A DNA stretch of 63,748 nucleotides, filler included, from Kipferlia bialata (taxonomy: Eukaryota), in NCBI GenBank assembly GCA_003568945.1. It is 5 parts of 4 records of this genome, joined end to end, with 100 filler letters (N's around TTAATTAATTAA, not from the genome) between each part and the next. Parts side by side here need not be neighbours in the genome. Positions count along the whole stretch, not along the records: positions 49,650 to 58,384 come from BDIP01000629.1; positions 58,485 to 63,748 come from BDIP01000629.1; 3 more parts are not named here. One strand, 5' to 3'. Position numbers and translations under genes: made by a program. Of this stretch, positions 53,101-63,748 are shown piece after piece; position 1 is the stretch's first letter; each line of letters starts with the position of its first letter. Below the pieces are notes generated by a model. It did not search any database. It was not told the origin of the DNA and was given only the letters and a program-made list of their open reading frames with translations.

Positions 53101-55231
53101 GAGTGGTGGGTATTTGTGTAAACATATCCGAGAGGTGAATATACAAAAATGCAAATCGTTGGTAAAGCAAAAATAATATTGCGTATACACTCAATATACC
53201 TAGGGAGAGTGAGACCAGACGGGTCATCCCCCAGGAGTATGGGTGACACCATGTCTAAGGGTACAAAGGCTGTGACCACTAGGCCTGACCCTGAGACAGA
53301 CACGCCCTCGCAGGAGGAGAGGAGTCTGCGCACCAGGGACTCAGAGCCAGAGGCATCGGGGGGGGCCTGTATGTAAGTGGATGTTGAGAGGGAGAGAGAG
53401 AGAGAGAGAGAGGGAGACCACCTGAGTTGCCACGTCCGATGAATAGACACAAACACACACACATACACACACACACATATATATATATATACCTGTGCTG
53501 CCACGTCTGTGAGTGTCAGCCTCTGCTGCATTACAGGGGGTACAGACATAGGGGCATAGGGGGTGGGAGGGGGGAGGGGGGCAGACCCGTCCCCACCCTC
53601 TGCACCCTGCTGTGTCTGTGTCTGTGTCTGCATGAGTGTGTATATGCTGTGACACACAGATGGGTCATACACACTCAGGGTGCACACCGCATCCACAGTC
53701 ACATCCCCAGACGTGTCACACTTGAACACACCGCCTGGGGGTTAGGGGCATTAGTATGTATGTACATACATATATGTCTCTGTATAATGGTTGTCGTTTG
53801 TGGTATGTACTTGCTCCTCCGTTCCCTGTGACTGACCATACAATGTACATGTATACTCAAAACTATGTACACACATGTACCTGTCCCCCCGTTGCCTGTG
53901 ACTGACACGACATGCTCTGTGTCATAGGGGGAGGGGTGGGCAGAGTCCTCGGCCTGGTGTAAGATATTGTACCACAATATAGACTATACAATCGTGTATA
54001 TAGATAGTCCACACCAGTAAACATTGACATATATATATATAGGGGTGGGGAGAGTCCTCGGCCAAGTGTAAGTTACACTACACATACAATACAGTGAATA
54101 TATACATTCATACATATAGGTGGGTAGAGTCCTCGGCCTCGTATAAGGGGATATATATATTAACAGCAGGGGTGAGGACTATCGATGGTGAGTGTTATCT
54201 ACCTGTGCCGCCTTGATTGCCCTGTCTATATTCACACACTCATATATATATATATCTATATATAAAAATATACACTTTACTTCTACTGTCCTATCTACAC
54301 TCTACCTGCGCCGCCTTGATTGCCCTGTCTATCTCGTGCACTGCCTGATTATATATCTATCTACATATATTGACATCACCATCAAGTATATATCTCTCTA
54401 TATACACATTCTATTACATATCATCTACCTGAGCCGCCTTGATTGCCCTGTCTATCTCGTGCACTGTCTGTACATCTGGGGCAGTGACTAGCCACACAGA
54501 CTTGCCCTCCTGAGGATCAACAGAACGCATTAGCTGCAATTTACATATACGCACATATATATGTATACAATATCACAAAACCCCCCATACCTTGATGACC
54601 ATTGTGCCATCCCCCCCCACTCCTGTGGTGACAGACTCGGCACTCACACCCAGGCCCTTGATGGCCTTCTGGCCCTGGGGGGTGAGAGAGAGAGAGAGTA
54701 AGAGAGAGATAGAGTGAGAGAGACATAATCTCAGAAGCTGTGAGAGACTGATGACCTTCTGGCCCTGGGGGTGAGAGAGTATGGACAGAGAGAGAGAGAG
54801 AGAAGATATCATATATTGTAATCACCCAGGCCCTTGATGGTCTTCTGGCCCTGGGGGTGAGAGAGAGTAAGAGAGAGGGAGAGAGACACTTTCTCAGAAG
54901 CTCTGAGAGACTGATGGCCTTCTGGCCCTGGGTGAGGCAGAGCATAGGGAAGAGAGGATACATATATATTGTCCTCGATGGTAAGAGAGAGAGAGAGAGT
55001 CAGAGAGAGGTGGAGAGGGAGAGAGAGTAAGAGAGAGTAAGAGAGACAGACAGTATCTCAGAAGCTGTAATAGCGTGATGGATACTATAAATCATGGCGC
55101 ATACCTTGGCTGGACCACTCTCCAGCTTCATGGACAGAGAGTGTCTGGCGGTGAGAGGGGGGAGAGTGAGGGAAGAGAGGGCTGATAGTCATAGTCAGGG
55201 TGGGGGGGGGGGGGGGGGGGGGGGGGGAGGA

Positions 55232-55265
<34 letters not shown>

Positions 55266-55367
55266 GCATATATACCTGGGTTGAGGAACTCGAATGGACT
55301 GTCCTCTGGGATGATCATGGGGACCTAGAGGGTCAGATAGGGGTAGAGACAGAGGCTGATCACACAC

Positions 55368-55406
<39 letters not shown>

Positions 55407-55918
55407 CCTCTGGGATGATCATTCGGACCTGGGGGGTCAGTTATGTATATAGAGAGAGTCAGCATACACACACACAGAGTGAATGAGAGTTGTGTTGGTA
55501 TCACCATTCCCATACCTTCTCGACCTCCTCCGGTGCCTCCTGTCCAGCATCCACAGCCGGGGTCTGTGTCACAGGGGTGGCCAGGGGTGTGTCAGTGACA
55601 GTCTGGGGTGAGGGGGGACGAGTATGGATATTCAGTACCGGTACCGGTACCGGTACCGACTTGGTGAGATGTGGCCTAACTACTCCCATACATATGTCAC
55701 GCTGCCCTAACGCATACGCCTACATACAACATGCACTATATATCAAAGGCATGGGTAGAGAGAGCTCTGACCCTGGCATGTAGAAGAGATTAGTAACACA
55801 TGACTTGATACACTCTGCACACAAGAGAGAGGCAGAGCCGACATTCACTACTCTTAGTACCCAAAACACACCTAGATATACTCGGCACACAAGCACACAA
55901 TCTCACCTCGTCTGACAT
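50148..55918 (-). CDS. Large hypothetical protein: globular N-terminal region, long E/R/Q-rich coiled coil, acidic disordered tail
   Basis: Candidate start MSDE|gtgag at 55918. Exons include GQKAIKGLGVSAESV, ATELVAMAGPLAQLLQ, the coiled-coil ORFs 51609-52487 and 50459-51514, and a last exon GEEVEFDPLAYIANM* (TAG at 50148). Confidence 0.68.
50270..50632 (-). repeat. Four ~95-120-bp-spaced copies of gacccactggccctggcagagggagayg|gt (exon end plus donor)
   Basis: Functional copy near 50600-50632; echoes near 50505-50537, 50392-50425 and 50271-50304. Confidence 0.88.
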
Positions 55919-56175
55919 ATCTCAAGGTAGTGATAGAGAAAGAGCAGAGAGAGAGAGAGAGAGATGATCAATACATTTCAGATCACACGTTTCAAACACG
56001 CAACTCGTGACAGACTTCATGATGGGTCTATTGCAACTCTAATCAGCTCCAAACAGCCCATCGATGATCTAGTACATAATATGGAGAAGAATGCCATAGT
56101 TTCATGTCAGGGAGACAGACTGGGCCTATAGTTCAGTCCCCTGATCTCTCCAGTGTCTCTAGTCTATGTCTATGC

Positions 56176-58334
56176 TTAGACAGCCAGTCTGGGGTTACCT
56201 GCCCCCTCCCCCCGTGCCATCTTGCCCATGTCCCCCATCTGCCTCTGCCTCCTCTTGACCAGGGTGGACCGGAACTTGGACACAGTCAGAATGCCTGGGT
56301 TAGGTAAATACATATAAACAGGAATATGTATTGTACTCATATGTAGTGTATAAATATATGTCCCCTACCTAGCCACAGCCCCACTGCCAGCAGTGCCAGT
56401 ATGGCCCACAGGGCAGTCTCCATCTTGCCCCACCCGCCCCAGGCTGGGGTGTGAGGGAGAGAGGAGTGCAATGCATATCACAGAGTGGGTATGCATATAT
56501 AAATATATATACTCCATCCGTACCATCCTCTGTCGAGTCGAGCCATGTGGTGGCCAGGGCATCCACCTCACCAGACTCAATCAGCTCCTGGGGGTCAGGG
56601 AGTATACTATACTGCCCGAAGAAATGTACATACATACAGACGAGACACTACCTGCAGTGCCACAATATACACATATCCACAACTCCTCACCTGCAGTGCC
56701 ACGTTGAAGTCATCTCCGTACTCGCCGTATGAGGAGTTGATGTATATCACCTTGGGGTTGATGTTCCACTCACCTGGGGTCATGCTAGGTATATACTTAT
56801 TAACATATTCATAGTATGTTATGGGAAGTATATGTATGGTGTCGTATCATGACTGATAACACATCATACACATGTATATGTACTCTGCTAGTGTACATAT
56901 GGATGTACATACCGTCCACTGAGCATATGACACCCGGGTGCTCCTTGATGACCTGGGGGTGAGTGTGCATAGATATATGCATGTAATACGAATGTATGAA
57001 TGTATCTATAGAAATGGCTATCTGTGCTGTTCACACACCTGGTTGAGTGGCTCCTTGACTGATAGTATGGCGTCTGCCTCCCCACTCTCAAGAAGGGTCA
57101 GAGCATCACTGTAGTCAGCACTCATGTCCACTACATGGGCACCGGTGGACACGGCCTAGGGTGAGAGGGGATAGAGGTATCAGTACGTACCCGGACCACC
57201 CTTACACCTCTACATAGATACGTACCCATGCGTATGTGGCCGAGTTGGGCACTGAGGCAATGGTGTAGTCCTAGGGTGAGGGGTGAGAGATAGGTGGTCT
57301 CTGAGAAATATTTCCACTACTGTGATGTTGCAACCAATAGATACACCCTATATCCATACCGTGAGCGAGTCTGGGTCGAACTGGCTGTCCGATGCTGTGA
57401 TACTGACGACGGTGACAGCAGATACAAACAGGGTCATGAGCACAGACTGGAGCAGGGTGTCGATGCCTATGGGTAAAGGAGAGTGTGTCAAATAATGTAG
57501 ACAGATAGGTGGCACTGCAGTATCTTACTCTATACCTGCCAGTAGTCTGCCCAGAGATGTGTTGATCTTGGTCAGGTCATACCTGGGGTGAGGGGTATAG
57601 CTTAGAGAGAACAGTGACTTGTAATCACAAGACGTGATATATATGTTGATAGACACATACCCCAGCACACTGAAGTAGAATGCCATCAGTGCCTCCTTCT
57701 GATAGGGCTCACCCCGGGAGGAGGAGTTGCCAAAGTGCTGGGGTGAGAGGGTGTATATCTATATATTTACACATATAGACCTAGACAGGCCGAGACTACA
57801 TCTGTACAATACCTGTGTGCAGTAGATAAGGTTGGCAAAGACCATGTGGCTCAGCAGCAGGACGGCTGGGGTGAGTGTCACACAGCATATCGAGTAATTG
57901 CAGCTGAACTGAGACATGCAACGACATGGATAACAGTGGTGTGACATGCATCACTCACCTAGCAGGTTGACTGCCACCGGGTCAAAGAGGGGGGAGAACA
58001 TGGAGACAGCTGCATTGCCTGGGGGTGGGAAGGAGGGACATCGGCAAATGAATATATATGTAGAGCACACATCCAGAGTTAATTATCCCAAAGATATACA
58101 TATGACAAAAGCTGTACCTGCGCTATTGTCACAGAGTGTGGCAAACCCAACCCCGCCTGTCCTGAATGACACGGTTGGTCTTACGTTCTTCAGCATCCTT
58201 GCACTAGTCGCAGAACATGCACTAAGGTGAGGAGGGTGAGGGAGAGGGAGAGCCTCAGGAGTGTTTGGAAGTAAACGCAGTGCACTTACTAAGATCACTC
58301 ACTTTAGGTACACCGGGTACTCATCGTTGGACAC
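56176..58334 (-). CDS. Ionotropic glutamate receptor-like ligand-gated channel (S1-M1-P-M3-S2-M4); N-terminus lost at contig end
   Basis: About 13 exons splice in frame: S1 end CSATSARMLKNVRPTVSFRTGGVGF; M1 SMFSPLFDPVAVNLLAVLLLSHMVFANLIYC; P-loop EALMAFYFSVLGYDLTKINTSLGRLLAG; M3 LLQSVLMTLFVSAVTVVSIT; S2 IASVPNSAT...DYSDALTLLESGEADAIL...FNVALQELIESGEVDALATTWL; M4 ALWAILALLAVGLWLGILTV; basic tail to TAA 56176. Confidence 0.82.
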
Positions 58335-58384
58335 CTGGGGGTCAAGGGGGGGGGGGGGGGGGGGGGGGGGGGGGAAATTACAAA

Positions 58385-58484
58385 NNNNNNNNNNNNNNNN
58401 NNNNNNNNNNNNNNNNNNNNNNNNNNNNTTAATTAATTAANNNNNNNNNNNNNNNNNNNNNNNNNNNNNNNNNNNNNNNNNNNN
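58385..58484. other. Artificial contig join (100-nt N spacer with TTAATTAATTAA linker)
   Basis: N run with linker at 58429-58440, flanked by poly-G. Confidence 0.95.
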
Positions 58485-58505
58485 GGGGGGGGGGTGTGTG
58501 TGGGG

Positions 58506-58545
<40 letters not shown>

Positions 58546-58615
58546 GGAGGATATAGAGAGGCACGAGTGAGTCACATAACAGATTATTGGCTATACAAGC
58601 AACATCTCAGTCTCA

Positions 58616-59533
58616 CCTGGACCCTTGTAGAGCCTGGAACCAGCAGGCCAGCACCATTAAAGGCTATGGTTAGAGGGAATACACAAGAAGAGAGAGGAAA
58701 GAACCATACAACCCCACTGCCCAAGTACCTGCTGCGTCGGAAACCTGCTGGGACGGGTCGATGATGCCTGGGGTGAACGAGACGGTGCATGGAGGCATGT
58801 ACACCAGCGTAACAGAGTCAGATGCTATAGCATGATTGCACTGGACAGTTCATGAGTGTTAGTAGCACAAAGCATATATATATATATACCTTGAGCACGG
58901 CCAGAGATGGTCCTGCTGCCAGTGACAGTCGGCTTGTTGTCACATGCGTCTGCAGAGACCACCTTCTGGGGTCAGTGGGAGAGACATATCCACACAGAGA
59001 GAGGGAATCACTGAACACCCCAGTACCCACCGACACCCGACTGTATATGGACACTACAAGTAATGGCACTACACATACACATTCTACTCACCTGGGTCCG
59101 TCTCCTCGAGGAGGCCAGGCCTATTCTGGAGCCAGAGGCATCCTTAGGTGAGAAGACAGTGGCAGGCGTTGAGTCCCCAGGGACCAAACAGTAGAATACA
59201 CTGAGATATCAAGACAAGGACGCAGCCGATCATATGGCTTACCTCGTGGCGCCCTCGGGCGAATGATGGGCCATCCTCGATCTGAGAAGAGGACCCAAAC
59301 TGGTGTAAGAGCAGAACTAACCTAACTATGGACATAAGGGATAAGGGGAGAATGAATAAGAGGGACAGTAACGAAACCAGGGATAAAGTCCGCCTATCAT
59401 CACCATATGCAACACCCAGCGACAGAAAGAGAAGGATACACGTCACTTCACTCACCCTGGAGTTCCTTGGGCAGGAAGCGGCACGGCTGCTTCTGATCCT
59501 TGTACTAGTGACGTCGGTGAGAGTGTCAGACAT
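58616..59533 (-). CDS. 5' part of a hypothetical Ser/Arg-rich multi-exon protein running into the contig end
   Basis: Short exons with GT-AG boundaries: MSDTLTDVTSTRIRSSRAASCPRNSR, FGSSSQIEDGPSFARGRHE, DASGSRIGLASSRRRTQ, KVVSADACDNKPTV. Confidence 0.35.
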
Positions 59534-62500
59534 TCAGACTGGTGTGAGAGCACTGCTGTTGTTGCGAAGGAGTAAAGGAGTTGCAGAAATGATTAATAGG
59601 GACGAAGCTGGCCAAACACCTAGCTGTCAATTGCAGAGAAGAGTACACAAAGATAGTAGCTCAGATATTGACACTCGAGGAAGAATCCAATAAAACGAAA
59701 CACATGCCATCAAATCTGCTGTCTGCTGTTCCTGCTCCAACATAACAGGACCTCTGCCCTATAGACATCATCCTTCAAACCGTAACAGACTGTTCATAGA
59801 GAACACAGACGAAGTATTCAGAAAGAAAGAAAGCCTCAAACAATAAAACTGTAGAAGGCTCAATCAATGACTGTACAGTGCCCAACTGTAGATATAGGCT
59901 TGCTGGTTGAGACAAGGGTCCCAAAAGCCACCAGTCTCGTCATCATACCTGTATATTGTTCCGAGAACAGTCGAGACTCGAGGCCGAGGAGACTCATCGG
60001 CCATTCATTAGTTTAGGGCCTCCTGCTCTCGTTGAGAAATGGAGATCAAGAGTCGGTGTCTGGGGGTATCAAGCAACAACTATGACAACAGAGAGTCAGG
60101 TAACAACGCTGTGTAATGTCTATACCTGTGTATATGTGTTATCAACCGGTTTTAGGTATTTCAGGTGGTGACCCGTATATTCATGTACATGAAGAACACT
60201 ATTATAGCAAGACAAGAATATTGGGGGGATATGGGGGTAGAGAGGGAGAGAGACAAGTCAAATCACCCGAGAAAATACATCATGACATACTATACATGTA
60301 TATATGGCATAATTAAGGAAGAGAATTGGGATGACAGTGCAACGCGTAATAGTAGTGACCAGCACAATGGAGATACAAACTTACCTTCGTCCACACTAAA
60401 TATACACTCAATAATACATCCATTGTGGGGTGAGGAGATATAGCTAGTGGTACACAACTCCTAGTTCAGTTCAGTGCTCCCCTTATAGACATTGAAGTGT
60501 GTGAGAGTAGGTAATGTGGCGGTCATTAGACACAAGGTATTGAGAGACACATCATAACACACGTGTATTTGCAAAGAATGACGGTAACCCCACTCAATTA
60601 TACGTAATAAAGCACACACATTAAGATTCACACATGGAAGTACCTTGGAGCGACTCCCATAGCCCTGTATAGCAGTAAAGTCCAGAGTACAAGTTTGCAT
60701 TCAAATATTGTCGCGAATAGATTGCTATGACTATTAGATGGTGTATTAGTGTAAAACATACCTATATAGCTCCCAATGAATGCACTGAAGTCATCATAGG
60801 TGCCAATAGACGTGCCTGTTCTGCAGTCTTAAGGGAAGGTGGTTCTACACCCTTTTCTGTGTTTGCCATCCTGATACTTAGTCAGCCCATACACACCCAG
60901 GAAGCCACTATGGGACAATATGTACACAATACGACACCTTTGTTAGTTATATACGAACAACATACTTTTTCAACTGGCTCTGGAGGCCAATTTTAGGGTA
61001 ACTTCTGACACACGAAATTTCATCATTGTACAGTGATATACATCTGGGTACTCATTGTTCAGAGGTCTCTGACGCTGACGTTGACATAGTGCAGAGTACC
61101 CATATCATCGTCACTTGAGACATGCATTTGATATCTCCCTGAAACGAGGGAATCTCAGCCCATGTCTCAATTCATAGTCATGCACTATCATAGACACTTA
61201 CTGATAGTGTACCCTGCAGTATACTCATGAGCAACACCACATTGTGATTTAGTTGACTTCAAAGAACTGTATGGCTGCACACAAATCACTCTCCACACAA
61301 AGTATGCTGGAGTACGCCCCCACTCATCCCAACCTCTCTCTCAGTCTCCCCACAGCTTGAACCCCACATACACGCCGTCCCAGGTGTCTGGGTGATACAC
61401 ACATTAATAGTCCACGCCTGACCTATCCTTTGTATCCCCCCCCTCCCCCCACCCTCCCCCTCCCCTCTTACCTCCCCACCTCTACCAAGACTCACCCTCC
61501 CTCTCATCTCCCGAGTCTCTTGCCACTAAGTACTGACTCAGCAACTCCAACGTGTATCAATACACTACATACCCTCCGACTGCGTGACTCCCCATTCGGA
61601 CGTTCACTTGGCCTATATATACCTCGTTCTGACGTCTACCTATGGGGAGAAGAGGATACACGTTGTGTGTCATATAGCTGACTCATCAAATATATATACT
61701 CTCTCAGTGTCACTCTGTCTCTGTCAGTAAGAGTCCTGTCCTCAAGCAAACAGATATATACAAATATATATCCATATATATACTGCTTGGTATCCTTAAG
61801 AGTGTATGACAGATCTGTTGATCTACTTCTACTCAACAAAGTACCTAACATATCGTTCATGTGTATATACTGATGCTGACCTCTGCTGGGTACCTGTATG
61901 TCATGGTACCATATTCTGGGCCTAGTATTGGCATGAAGAGGCCTAAGAGTTATACTCCCACGTCCTGAGTCAGTACAAGACATGAATATGAGTATGGGGA
62001 TGAGTCTTCTCTATAGACACGTGGAGTTGCCCTAGGGGTAAGGGAAGGGGGATATAGGGCAGAAAGGGAGAGTGTGAGAGACCTGCCATGACAATTCATG
62101 ACATGGTACCACAACCCTGCGTTGAGTATCGGAGTAATCGGGTGAGAGACAACGAGGATAGGCCGCTAACTAGTCGAGTAATACTGCTCGAAACATCAGC
62201 ATACTTACATCTATATCATACAATGTTATCACCTCAACTACAGAACAAGCCACCTGCAATAATAATCATGTGGGGGAAGCGCAACAGTATCAGTGAACAC
62301 CAGATGAGGCAGATGGGCGACCTGGTGATGAGACGGAGGGAGGCTCCTATTCAACCACGTGCCCTATCAATGGTTCCGTGCATAACACAACACACATACT
62401 GTGAAACGGTAACCTGCCTGAAAAAGACCAGGAATGTATAATAATTCATAGTATAGGAGGTTCCCAGTTAGTGTACTCACTGTGAATGTGACAAACGATT

Positions 62501-62542
62501 GTGTGTCTGTGTGTGTGGAGTGGGGGGGGGGGGGGGGGGGGA

Positions 62543-62574
<32 letters not shown>

Positions 62575-62742
62575 TGGGGGGGGGTGGGGGGGGGGGGGGG
62601 GGGGGGGGGGGGTGCCCGATTAACACAGGTAACACGCCAATCTTACGCCTTCACACAAATCAAGACATCAAGCAACCAGTAACACTACTATAGGCACATA
62701 CATCATACATATATATATACCCTGGTCCCAAGCGTGTAGGCG

Positions 62743-63500
62743 ATGACACAGAGGTTTAAATGCAGTGCTGCCTATTGTCTCCCTCTCACACCACCCAGAA
62801 AGGCCAAAGGCTATTGTGACGTACCTGATTCCAACAGTTTCTTCACTGATACTATGGAAGTGGTCTGTCGTAAAGAGTTAGATCGGCAGTTCGACCCTTT
62901 GTCCCTCTCCACAAGTAATGTTTTTGTGCCACTTCCACAGAGTGGCGTTCCCGTCTCTATCACCCCATATCGAACTCTATCCGCCATCTATCAACTGCAC
63001 ACATGTTCTCTGTGCTTCTCCCTAGTGAGGAGGCCCTGTTCTGGGTCACCCTCCTCTGCATGGGGTGTGTACTCATTAGCTATGTCACATTACTAGTCAA
63101 GAGGAGGAGCACCAGCTGGTCAGGCATGTCCATGGTGATACTCACTCTGCTGGCATGCCTTGCTGTGCTCTCTGATGCCTCTGCCTCTGTATACAACCTC
63201 CCATCCTACTGGCACACACTCTCTGACAGGGACCTGTTCGACAGGCTGCCTCTCTTTGCTGTCATGCTCTACATGTCCCTAGGTACGCATAGGGGTATAC
63301 GCATATCTCTATAAACACTTGGTGTCCGTAAGTATGTACGCAGGGTCTAGTGATGCCCTGTAATCTATAGTTTCGTGCATAGCTGGGTATATATCTACCA
63401 CTTAGAATTTGTAGTCTCTCTCTCTCTCTCTCTCTCTCTCTCATGCCCCCAGGGGTCAAGGCAGCCATATGCAGTCTGCTGGCAGTGCTATACCTACAGG
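62743..63500 (+). CDS. Partial multi-pass membrane protein
   Basis: Hydrophobic segments ALFWVTLLCMGCVLISYVTLLV, MSMVILTLLACLAVLS and LPLFAVMLYMSL|GVKAAICSLLAVLYL in GC-rich exons. Truncated by the poly-C window end. Confidence 0.45.
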
Positions 63501-63704
63501 TACTCCCATGAGTCTCTCTCTCTCTCCCTCCCTCGATCTATCTCTCTATTGATTCTGACCGTCAATGCATCTCGTGGTCCACAGCCACTACCACACACTC
63601 TATCTCTTGTTATCAGATATAACTAGGATGTTCATCTTTCTGGCTTGGACTACATTCCTATGCGTCTCTCCTTTATGTCTCTCTCCCTATCCCCCTCTCT
63701 TCCC

Positions 63705-63748
<44 letters not shown>

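Noticed and set aside
58335..59533. Joining the Ser/Arg-rich minus-strand exons at 58616-59533 to the iGluR-like gene as its N-terminus
   Set aside because: They are separated by an artificial contig linker, so adjacency is unproven, and the peptide has no signal sequence or S1-like features.
59700..62460. Gene-poor stretch considered as a possible transposon or viral insert
   Set aside because: No transposase, reverse transcriptase or integrase motifs, terminal repeats or long ORF visible by eye.

Overview
Eukaryotic, very intron-dense genomic DNA. Typical introns are about 100-130 nt, AT-rich, full of (TA)n/(CT)n/poly-C, and end in acceptors like YTVAC-CCCC-AG. The GA-rich exons give ERERE tracts. 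The style suggests a free-living fornicate/metamonad flagellate such as Kipferlia (inference, not checked). The window is five contigs joined by 100-N spacers carrying an artificial TTAATTAATTAA linker, so adjacency across 16.5, 33.0, 49.6 and 58.4 kb is not biological evidence. Manual splicing gives about 15 genes: an amino-acid transporter, a divergent long-chain acyl-CoA synthetase, a Rab-like GTPase-PH fusion head-to-head with a 7-TM protein, an RI-like LRR protein with one 84-nt exon per repeat, a cathepsin L/F-like protease lacking its catalytic His, kelch-like proteins, RPB9, an intron-containing phage-fibre-like protein, an ionotropic glutamate receptor-like channel and several hypothetical proteins. 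The most striking pattern is non-coding: introns throughout the window carry degenerate 'echo' copies of their own exon-intron junctions at a near-constant ~100-125 bp period. All gene models and alignments were done by eye.
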